Positions 53,580-64,000 of a DNA stretch of 64,000 nt are shown here, in pieces. The notes beneath the pieces are model-generated. The model did not search any database. It was not told where the DNA came from and saw nothing but the letters and a program-made list of their open reading frames with translations. Location of the stretch: assembly GCA_964016885.1 (NCBI GenBank), contig OZ024743.1, positions 236,902,001 through 236,966,000 on the forward strand, in the 5' to 3' direction. The first letter of the stretch is position 1, and each line of letters starts with the position of its first letter. The stretch is from Eledone cirrhosa (Eukaryota). Both the position numbers and the translations under genes were made by a program.

Positions 53580-56400
53580 GCTACAGTATTGACAATTCTG
53601 TCTCAGTCTAAAGTCTGTCTTGTTTTAGACAGCTACAGTATTGATTAGTCTGTCTAACTCTAAAGTCTGTCTTGTTATAGACAGCTACAGTATTGATTAG
53701 TCTGTCTAAGTCTAAAGTCTGTCTTATTATAGACAGCTACAGTATTGACAATTCTATCTAAGTCTAAAGTCTGTCTTTTTATAGACAGCTACAGTACTAA
53801 TTAGTCTGTCTAAGTCTAAAGTCTGTCTTGTTATAGACAGCTACAGTACCGATTAGTCTGTTTAAGTCTAATGTCTGTCTTGTTATAGACAGCTACAGTA
53901 TTGATTAGTCTGTCTAAGTTTAAAGTCTGTCTTATTATAGACAGCTACAGTACTGATTAGTCTGTCAAAGTCTAAAGTCTGTCTTATTATTGACAGCTAC
54001 AGTATTGATTAGTCTGTCTAAGTCTAAAGTCTCTCTTGTTATAGACAGTTACAGTATTGATTAGTCTGTCTAAGTCTAAAGTCTGTCTTCTTATAGACAG
54101 CTACAATATTGATTAGTCTGTCTAAGTCTAAAGTCTGTCTTGTTATAGACAGTTACAGTATTGATTAGTCTGTCTAAGTCTAAAGGTTGTCTTATTATAG
54201 ACAGCTACAGTATTGACAATTCTGTCTAAGTCTAAAGTCTGTCTTGTTATAGACAGCTACATTATTGATTAGTCTGTCTAAGTCTAAAGTCTGTCTTGTT
54301 ATAGACGGCTACAGTATTGATTAGTCTGTCTAAGTCTAAAGTCTGTCTTATTATGGACAGTTACAGTACTGATTAGTCTGTCTAAGTCTAACGTCTGTCT
54401 TATTATAGACAGCTACAGTATTGCCAATTCTGTCTAAGTCTAAAGTCTGTCCTGTTATAGACAGCTACAGTATTGATTAGTCTGTCTAAGTCTAAAGTCT
54501 GTCTTATTATAGACAGCTACAGTATTGACAATTCTGTCTAAGTCTAAAGTCTGTCTTGTTATAGACAGCTACAGTATTGATTAGTCTGTCTAAGTCTAAA
54601 GTCTGTCTTATCATATACAGCTACAGTATTGACAATTCTGTCTCAGTCTAAAGTCTGTCTTGTTTTAGACAGCTACAGTATTGATTAGTCTGTCTAACTC
54701 TAAAGTCTGTCTTGTTTTAGACAGCTACAGTATTGATTAGTCTGGCTAAGTCTAAAGTCTCTCTTATTATAGACAGCTACAGTACTGATTAGTCTGTCTA
54801 AGTCTAAAGTCTGTCTTATTATAGACAGCTACAGTATTGACAATTATGTCTAAGTCTAAAGTCTGTCTTGTTATAGACAGCTACAGTATTGACAATTATG
54901 TCTAAGTCTAAAGTCTGTCTTGTTATAGACAGCTACAGTTTTGATTAGTCTGTCTAAGTCTAAAGTCTGTCTTCTTATAGACAGCTACAATATTGATTAG
55001 TCTGTCTAAGTCTAAAGTCTGTCTTGTTATAGACAGCTACAGTATTGATTAGTCTGTCTAAGTCTAAAGTCTGTCTTATTATGGAGAGTTACAGTACTGA
55101 TTAGTCTGTCTAAGTCTAAAGTCTGTCTTATTATAGACAGCTACAGTATTGACAATTCTGTCTCAGTCTAAAGTCTGTCTTGTTTTAGACAGCTACAGTA
55201 TTGATTAGTCTGTCTAACTCTAAAGTCTGTCTTGTTATAGACAGCTACAGTATTGATTAGTCTGTCTAAGTCTAAAGTCTGTCTTATTATAGACAGCTAC
55301 AGTATTGACAATTCTATCTAAGTCTAAAGTCTGTCTTTTTATAGACAGCTACAGTACTAATTAGTCTGTCTAAGTCTAAAGTCTGTCTTGTTATAGACAG
55401 CTACAGTACCGATTAGTCTGTTTAAGTCTAATGTCTGTCTTGTTATAGACAGCTACAGTATTGATTAGTCTGTCTAAGTTTAAAGTCTGTCTTATTATAG
55501 ACAGCTACAGTACTGATTAGTCTGTCAAAGTCTAAAGTCTGTCTTATTATTGACAGCTACAGTATTGATTAGTCTGTCTAAGTCTAAAGTCTGTCTTCTT
55601 ATAGACAGCTACAATATTGATTAGTCTGTCTAAGTCTAAAGTCTGTCTTGTTATAGACAGTTACAGTATTGATTAGTCTGTCTAAGTCTAAAGGTTGTCT
55701 TATTATAGACAGCTACAGTATTGACAATTCTGTCTAAGTCTAAAGTCTGTCTTGTTATAGACAGCTACATTATTGATTAGTCTGTCTAAGTCTAAAGTCT
55801 GTCTTATTATGGACAGTTACAGTACTGATTAGTCTGTCTAAGTCTAACGTCTGTCTTATTATAGACAGCTACAGTATTGCCAATTCTGTCTAAGTCTAAA
55901 GTCTGTCCTGTTATAGACAGCTACAGTATTGATTAGTCTGTCCAAGTCTAAAGTCTGTCTTATTATAGACAGCTACAGTATTGACAATTCTGTCTAAGTC
56001 TAAAGTCTGTCTTGTTATAGACAGCTACAGTATTGATTAGTCTGTCTAAGTCTAAAGTCTGTCTTATCATATACAGCTACAGTATTGACAATTCTGTCTC
56101 AGTCTAAAGTCTGTCTTGTTTTAGACAGCTACAGTATTGATTAGTCTGTCTAACTCTAAAGTCTGTCTTGTTTTAGACAGCTACAGTATTGATTAGTCTG
56201 GCTAAGTCTAAAGTCTCTCTTATTATAGACAGCTACAGTACTGATTAGTCTGTCTAAGTCTAAAGTCTGTCTTATTATAGACAGCTACAGTATTGACAAT
56301 TATGTCTAAGTCTAAAGTCTGTCTTGTTATAGACAGCTACAGTATTGACAATTATGTCTAAGTCTAAAGTCTGTCTTGTTATAGACAGCTACAGTATTGA
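53580..56400. repeat. ~1.5-kb duplication (29-30-monomer offset)
   Basis: ACAGTACTAA at 53791/55351 (1560 = 30x52) and GGTTGTC at 54185/55693 (1508 = 29x52). Neighbouring variants follow the same order. Confidence 0.85.
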
Positions 56401-57559
56401 TTAGTCTGTCTAAGTCTAAAGTCAGTCTTATTATAGACAGCTACAGTACTGATTAGTCTGTCTAAGTCTAAAGTCTGTCTTGTTATAGACAACTACAGTA
56501 TTGATTAGTCTGTCTAAGTCAAAAATCTGTCTTATTATAGACAGCTACAGTATTGACAATTCTGTCTAAGTCTAAAATCTGTCTTGTTATAAACAGCTAC
56601 AGTATTGATTAGTCTGTCTAAGTCTAAGGTCTGTCTTATTATAGACAGCTACAGTATTGACAATTATGTCTAAGTCTAAAGTATGTCTTGTGATAGACAG
56701 CTACAGTATTGATTAGTCTGTCTAAGTCTAAAGTCTGTCTTATTATAGACAGCTACAGTACTGATTAGTCTGTCTAAGTCTAAAGTCTGTCTTGTTATAG
56801 ACAGTTACAGTATTGATTAGTCTGTCTAAGTCTAAAGTTTGTCTTGTTATAGACAGTTACAGTATTAATTAGTCTGTCTAAGTCTAAAGTCTGTCTTCTT
56901 ATAGACAGCTACAATATTGATTAGTCTGTCTAAGTCTAAAGTCTGTCTTGTTATAGACAGCTACTGTACTTATTAGTCTGTCTAAGTCTAAAGTCTGTCT
57001 TGTTATAGACAGTTACAGTATTGATTAGTCTGTCTAAGTCTAAAGTTTGTCTTATTATAGACAGCTACAGTATTGACAATTCTGTCTAAGTCTAACGTCT
57101 GTCTTGTTACAGACAGCTACAGTATTGATTAGTCTGTCTAAGTCTAAAGTCTCTCTTATTATAGACAGCTACAGTACTGATTAGTCTGTCTAAGTCTAAA
57201 GTCTGTCTTATTATAGACAGCTACAGTATTGACAATTCTGTCTAAGTCTAAAGTCTGTCTTGTTATAGACAGCTACAGTATTGACAATTATGTCAAAGTC
57301 TAAAGTCTGTCTTGTTATAGACAGCTACAGTATTGATTAGTCTGTCTAAGTCTAAAGTCTGTCTTATTATAGACAGCTACAGTACTGATTAGTCTGTCTA
57401 AGTCTAACGTCTGTCTTGTTATAGACAACTACAGTATTGATTAGTCTGTCTAAGTAAAAAATCTGTCTTATTATAGACAGCTACAGTATTGACAATTCTG
57501 TCTAAGTCTAAGGTCTGTCTTGTTATAAACAGCTACAGTATTGATTAGTCTGTCTAAGT

Positions 57560-60500
57560 CTAAAGTCTGTCTTGTTATAGACAGCTACATTATTGAATAG
57601 TCAGTCTAAGTCTAAAGTCTGTCTTGTTATAGACAGCTACAGTATTGATTAGTCTGTCTAAGTCTAAAGTCTGTCTTATTATGGACAGTTACAGTACTGA
57701 TTAGTCTGTCTAAGTCTAAAGTCTGTCTTATTATAGACAGCTACAGTGTGGCCAATTCTGTCTAAGTCTAAAGTCTGTCCTGTTATAGACAGCTACAGTA
57801 TTGATTAGTCTGTCTAAGTCTAAAGTCTGTCTTATCATATACAGCTACAGTATTGACAATTCTGTCTCAGTCTAAAGTCTGTCTTGTTTTAGACAGCTAC
57901 AGTATTGATTAGTCTGTCTAACTCTAAAGTCTGTCTTGTTATAGACAGCTACAGTATAGATTAGTCTGTCTAAGTCTAAAGTCTGTCTTATCATATACAG
58001 CTACAGTATTGACTATTCTGTCTCAGTCTAAAGTCTGTCTTATCATATACAGCTACAGTATTGACAATTCTGTCTCAGTCTAAAGTCTGCCTTGTTTTAG
58101 ACAACTACAGTATTGATTAGTCTGTCTAAGTCTAAAGTCTCTCTTATTATAGACAGCTACAGTACTGATTAGTCTGTCTAAGTCTAAAGTCTGTCTTATT
58201 ATAGACAGCTACAGTATTGACAATTCTGTCTAAGTCTAAAGTCTGTCTTGTTATAGACAGCTACAGTATTGACAATTATGTCTAAGTCTAAAGTCTGCCT
58301 TGTTATAGACAGCTACAGTATTGATTAGTCTGTCTAAGTCTAAAGTCTGTCTTATTATAGACAGCTACAGTACTGATTAGTCTGTCTAAGTCTAAAGTCT
58401 GTCTTGTTATAGACAACTACAGTATTGATTAGTCTGTCTAAGTCAAAAATCTGTCTTATTATAGACAGCTACAGTATTGACAATTCTGTCTAAGTCTAAA
58501 GTCTGTCTTGTTATAAACAGCTACAGTATTGATTAGTCTGTCTAAGTCTAAAGTCTGTCTTATTATAGACAGCTACAGTATTGACAATTATGTCTAAGTC
58601 TAAAGTCTGTCTTGTTATAGACAGCTACAGTATTGATTAGTCTGTCTAAGTCTAAAGTCTGTCTTATCATATACAGCTACAGTATTGACAATTCTGTCTC
58701 AGTCTAAAGTCTGTCTTGTTTTAGACAGCTACAGTATTGATTAGTCTGTCTAACTCTAAAGTCTGTCTTATTTTAGACAGCTACAGTATTGACAATTCTG
58801 TCTAAGTCTAAAGTTTGGCTTATTATAGACAGCTACAGTATTGTCAATTCTCTCTAAGTCGAAAGTCTGTATTATTATAGACTGCTACAGTACTGATTAG
58901 TCTGTCTCAGTCTAAAGTCTGTCTTGTTATAGAGAGTTACAGTATTGATTAGTCTGTCTAAGTCTAAAGACTGTCTTGTTATAGACAGCTACAGTATTGA
59001 TTAGTCTGTCTAAGTCTAAAGTCTGTCTTATTATAGACAGCTACAGTATTGACAATTATGTCTAAGTCTAAAGTCTGTCTTGTTATAGACAGCTACAGTA
59101 TTGATTAGTCTGTCTAAATCTAAAGTCTGTCTTATTATAGACAGCTACAGTACTGATTAGTCTGTCTAAGTCTAAAGTCTGTCTTGTTATAGACAACTAC
59201 AGTATTGATTATTCTGTCTAAGTCAAAAATCTGTCTTATTTTAGACAGCTACAGTATTGACAATTCTGTCTAAGTCTAAAGTTTGGCTTATTATAGACAG
59301 CTACAGTATTGTCAATTCTCTCTAAGTCGAAAGTCTGTATTATTATAGACTGCTACAGTACTGATTAGTCTGTCTAAGTCTAAAGTCTGTCTTATTATAG
59401 AGAGTTACAGTATTGATTAGTCTAAGTCTAAAGACTGTCTTGTTATAGACAGCTACAGTATTGATTAGTCTGTCTAAGTCTAAAGTCTGTCATATTATAG
59501 ACAGCTACAGTATTGATAATTCTCTCTAAGTCTAAAGTCTGTCTTATTATCGACAGCTACAGTACTGATTAATCTGTCTAAGTCTAAAGTCTGTCCTGTT
59601 ATAGACAATTACAGTAATGATTAGTGTGTCTAAGTCAAAAGTCTTTCTTATTATTGACAGCTACAGTATTGATTAGTCTGTCTAAGTTTAAAGTCTGTCT
59701 TGTTATAGACAGTTACAGTATTGATTAGTCTGTCTAAGTCTAAAGTCTGTCTTGTTATAGACAGTTACAGTATTGATTAGTCTGTCTAAGTCTAAAGTTT
59801 GTCTTATTATAGACAGCTACAGTATTGACAATTCTGTCTAAGTCTAAAGTCTGTCTTGTTATAGACACCTACATTATTGATTAGTCTGTCTAAGTCTAAA
59901 GTCTGTCTTGTTATAGACAGCTACAGTATTGATTAGTCAGTCTAAGTCTAAAGTCTGTCTTATTATGGACAGTTACAGTACTGATTAGTCTGTCTAAGTC
60001 TAAAGTCTGTCTTATTATAGACAGCTACAGTATTGCCAATTCTGTCTAAGTCTAAAGTCTGTCCTGTTATAGACAGCTACAGTATTGATTAGTCTGTCTA
60101 AGTCTAAAGTCTGTCTTGTTATAGACAGCTACAGTATTGATTAGTCTGTCTAAGTCTAAAGTCTGTCTTATCATATACAGCTACAGTATTGACAATTCTG
60201 TCTCAGTCTAAAGTCTGCCTTGTTTTAGACAGCTACAGTATTGATTAGTCTGTCTAACTCTAAAGTCTGTCTTGTTATAGACAGCTACAGTACTGATTAG
60301 TCTGTCTAAGTCTAAAGTCTGTCTTATTATAGACAGCTACAGTACTGATTAGTCTGTCTAAGTCTAGAGTCTGTCTTGTTATAGACAACTACAGTATTGA
60401 TTAGTCTGTCTAAGTCTAAAGTCTGTATTATTATAGACTGCTACAGTACTGATTAGTCTGTCTAAGTCTAAAGTCTGTCTTGTTATAGACAGCTACAGTA

Positions 60501-63500
60501 TTGATTAGTCTGTCTAAGTCTAAAGTCTGTCTTATCATATACAGCTACAGTATTGACAATTCTGTCTCAGTCTAAAGTCTGTCTTGTTTTAGACAGCTAC
60601 AGTATTGATTAGTCTGTCTAACTCTAAAGTCTGTCTTGTTATAGACAGCTACAGTATTGATTAGTCTGTCTAAGTCAAAAGTCTCTCTTATTATAGACAG
60701 CTACAGTACTGATTAGTCTGTCTAAGTCTAAAGTCTGTCTTGTTATAGACAGCTACAGTATCGACAATTATGTCTAAGTCTAAAGTCTGTCTTGTTATAG
60801 ACAGCTACAGTATTGATTAGTCTGTCTAAGTCTAAAGTCTGTCTTATTATAGACAGCTACAGTACTGATTAGTCTGTCTAAGTCTAAAGTCTGTCTTGTT
60901 ATAGACAACTACAGTATTGATTAGTCTGTCTAAGTCAAAAATCTGTCTTATTATAGACAGCTACAGTATTGACAATTCTGTCTAAGTCTAAAGTCTGTCT
61001 TGTTATAAACAGCTACACTATTGATTAGTCTGTCTAAGTCTAAAGTCTGTCTTATTATAGACAGCTACAGTATTGACAATTATGTCTAAGTCTAAAGTCT
61101 GTCTTGTTATAGACAGCTACAGTATTGATTAGTCTGTCTAAGTCTAAAGTCTGTCTTATTATAGACAGCTACAGTACTGATTAGTCTGTCTAAGTCTAAA
61201 GTCTGTCTTGTTATAGACAACTACAGTATTGATTAGTCTGTCTAAGTCTAAAATCTGTCTTATTATATACAGCTACAGTATTGACAATTCTGTCTAAGTC
61301 TAAAGTCTGTCATATTATAGACAGCTACAGTATTGATAATTCTCTCTAAGTCTAAAGTCTGTCTTATTATAGACAGCTACAGTACTGATTAGTCTGTCTA
61401 AGTCTAAAGTCTGTCTTATTATTGACAGCTACAGTATTGATTAGTCTGTCTAAGTCTAAAGTCTGTCTTGTTATAGACAGTTACAGTATTGATTAGTCTG
61501 TCTAAGTCTAAAGTCAGTCTTCTTATAGACAGCTACAATATTGATTAGTCTGTCTAAGTCTAAAGTCTGTTTTGTTATATACAGCTACTGTATTTATTAG
61601 TCTGTCTAAGTCTAAAGTCTGTCTTGTTATAGACAGTTACAGTATTGATTAGTCTGTCTAAGTCTAAAGTTAGTCTTCTTATAGACAGCTACAATATTGA
61701 TTAGTCTGTCTAAGTCTAAAGTTTGTCTTATTATAGACAGCTACATTATTGACAATTCTGTCTAACTCTAAAGTCTGTCTTGTTATAGACAGCTACATTA
61801 TTGAATAGTCTGTCTAAGTCTAAAGTCTGTCTTGTTATAGACAGCTACAGTATTGATTAGTCTGTCTAAGTCTAAAGTCTGTCTTATTATGGACAGTTAC
61901 AGTACTGATTAGTCTGTCTAAGTTTAAAGTCTGTCTTATTATAGACAGCTACAGTGTGGCCAATTCTGTCTAAGTCTAAAGTCTGTCCTGTTATAGACAG
62001 CTACAGTATTGATTAGTCTGTCTAAGTCTAAAGTCTGTCTTATCATATACAGCTACAGTATTGACAATTCTGTCTCAGTCTAAAGTCTGTCTTGTTTTAG
62101 ACAGCTACAGTATTGATTAGTCTGTCTAACTCTAAAGTCTGTCTTGTTATAGACAGCTACAGTATAGATTAGTCTGTCTAAGTCTAAAGTCTGTCTTATC
62201 ATATACTGCTACAGTATTGACAATTCTGTCTCAGTCTAAAGTCTGTCTTGTTTTAGACAGCTACAGTATTGATTAGTCTGTCTAACTCTAAAGTCTGTCT
62301 TGTTATAGACAGCTACAGTATTGATTAGTCTGTCTAAGTCTAAAGTCTCTCTTATTATAGACAGCTACAGTACTGATTAGTCTGTCTAAGTCTAAAGTCT
62401 GTCTTATTATAGACAGCTACAGTATTGACAATTCTGTCTAAGTCTAAAGTCTGTCTTGTTATAGACAGCTACAGTATTGACAATTATGTCTAAGTCTAAA
62501 GTCTGCCTTGTTATAGACAGCTACAGTATTGATTAGTCTGTCTAAGTCTAAAGTCTGTCTTATTATAGACAGCTACAGTACTGATTAGTCTGTCTAAGTC
62601 TAAAGTCTGTCTTGTTATAGACAACTACAGTATTGATTAGTCTGTCTAAGTCAAAAATCTGTCTTATTATAGACAGCTACAGTATTGACAATTCTGTCTA
62701 AGTCTAAAGTCTGTCTTGTTATAGACAGCTACAGTATTGATTAGTCTGTCTAAGTCTAAAGTCTGTCTTATCATATACAGCTACATTATTGACAATTCTG
62801 TCTCAGTCTAAAGTCTGTCTTGTTTTAGACAGCTACAGTATTGATTAGTCTGTCTAACTCTAAAGTCTGTCTTATTTTAGACAGCTACAGTATTGACAAT
62901 TCTGTCTAAGTCTAAAGTTTGGCTTATTATAGACAGCTACAGTATTGTCAATTCTCTCTAAGTCGAAAGTCTGTATTATTATAGACTGCTACAGTACTGA
63001 TTAGTCTGTCTAAGTCTAAAGTCTGTCTTGTTATAGAGAGTTACAGTATTGATTAGTCTGTCTAAGTCTAAAGACTGTCTTGTTATAGACAGCTACAGTA
63101 TTGATTAGTCTGTCTAAGTCTAAAGTCTGTCTTATTATAGACAGCTACAGTATTGACAATTATGTCTAAGTCTAAAGTCTGTCTTGTTATAGACAGCTAC
63201 AGTATTGATTAGTCTGTCTAAGTCTAAAGTCTGTCTTATTATAGACAGCTACAGTACTGATTAGTCTGTCTAAGTCTAAAGTCTGTCTTGTTATAGACAA
63301 CTACAGTATTGATTATTCTGTCTAAGTCAAAAATCTGTCTTATTTTAGACAGCTACAGTATTGACAATTCTGTCTAAGTCTAAAGTTTGGCCTATTATAG
63401 ACAGCTACAGTATTGTCAATTCTCTCTAGGTCGAAAGTCTGTATTATTATAGACTGCTACAGTACTGATTAGTCTGTCTAAGTCTAAAGTCTGTCTTGTT

Positions 63501-63840
63501 ATAGAGAGTTACAGTATTGATTAGTCTAAGTCTAAAGACTGTCTTGTTATAGACAGCTACAGTATTGATTAGTCTGTCTAAGTCTAAAGTCTGTCATATT
63601 ATAGACAGCTACAGTATTGATAATTCTCTCTAAGTCTAAAGTCTGTCTTATTATCGACAGCTACAGTACTGATTAATCTGTCTAAGTCTAAAGTCTGTCC
63701 TGTTATAGACAGCTACAGTAATGATTAGTGTGTCTAAGTCAAAAGTCTTTCTTATTATTGACAGCTACAGTATTGATTAGTCTGTCTAAGTTTAAAGTCT
63801 GTCTTGTTATAGACAGTTACAGTATTGATTAGTCTGTCTA
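57560..63840. repeat. ~4.1-4.2 kb-offset duplication (about 57560-59740 repeated at about 61770-63840)
   Basis: TATTGAATAG at 57591/61799 and GTGTGGCC at 57746/61954 (4208 = 81x52 - 4). A shared 4-bp deletion (TTAGTCTAAG) at 59417/63521 and CGACAG at 59551/63655 (4104 = 79x52 - 4). Confidence 0.9.
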
Positions 63841-64000
63841 AGTCTAAAGTCAGTCTTCTTATAGACAGCTACAATATTGATTAGTCTGTCTAAGTCTAAA
63901 GTCTGTTTTGTTATAGACAGCTACTGTATTTATTAGTCTGTCTAAGTCTAAAGTCTGTCTTGTTATAGACAGTTACAGTATTGATTAGTCTGTCTAAGTC

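Larger units (their letters stand above)
1..64000. repeat. 52-bp tandem satellite array (~1231 monomers, single orientation, runs off both window ends)
   Basis: The unit TTAGTCTGTCTAAGTCTAAAGTCTGTCTTRTTATAGACAGCTACAGTAYTGA recurs every 52 bp, and phase is identical at 1, 781, 1561 ... 5461 (780 = 15x52). The last monomer starts at 63985: 63984 + 28 (net bp lost in 10 visible indels) = 64012 = 1231x52. Most monomers differ from consensus by only a few substitutions. Confidence 0.99.

Noticed and set aside
1-64000. CRISPR array
   Set aside because: There are no unique spacers. The whole 52 bp is repeated with point variants, and there is no leader or cas gene.
1-64000. Repeat-protein CDS on either strand
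   Set aside because: Each monomer has several stop triplets on both strands. Because 52 mod 3 = 1, every frame meets them within 156 bp.
1-64000. Minus-strand ORF under a TAA/TAG-reassigned code (the consensus minus strand has no TGA)
   Set aside because: Frequent variants create TGA (plus-strand TCA in CTCAG, GTCAAT, ATCAT, GTCAAAG). The unit is not a multiple of 3, +1 and -4 indels occur, and nothing indicates a non-standard code.
1-64000. Telomerase-type telomeric repeat (TTAG resembles TTAGG)
   Set aside because: There is no G-rich strand. Multi-kb copying of variant order indicates recombination or duplication, not templated addition of a short unit. A subtelomeric location is not excluded.
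1-64000. Rolling-circle or sequencing concatemer artefact
   Set aside because: Variants are inherited in nested, co-linear blocks of several different periods with very few indels, which random read error or a single circular template would not produce.

Overview
The whole 64 kb window is one uninterrupted, head-to-tail tandem array of a 52-bp monomer (consensus TTAGTCTGTCTAAGTCTAAAGTCTGTCTTRTTATAGACAGCTACAGTAYTGA, ~33-35% GC, no CpG). I count 1231 full monomers plus 16 bp, all in the same orientation. I found no CDS, RNA gene, transposon, CRISPR spacer or unique sequence. It looks like satellite DNA, probably eukaryotic, but the organism and chromosomal location cannot be determined from the window. 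The information lies in the order of variant monomers: nested higher-order repeats (a ~7.1-kb unit x3, ~5.6-kb x2, ~4.1-kb x2, ~3-kb x2, and 14-38-monomer sub-duplications), recurrent multi-monomer variant cassettes, a recurrent 3-bp deletion at one site, and dyad symmetries within the monomer. I see no evidence for a new gene-encoded system. All counts and offsets were made by eye, and block boundaries are approximate (about +/-1-2 monomers).
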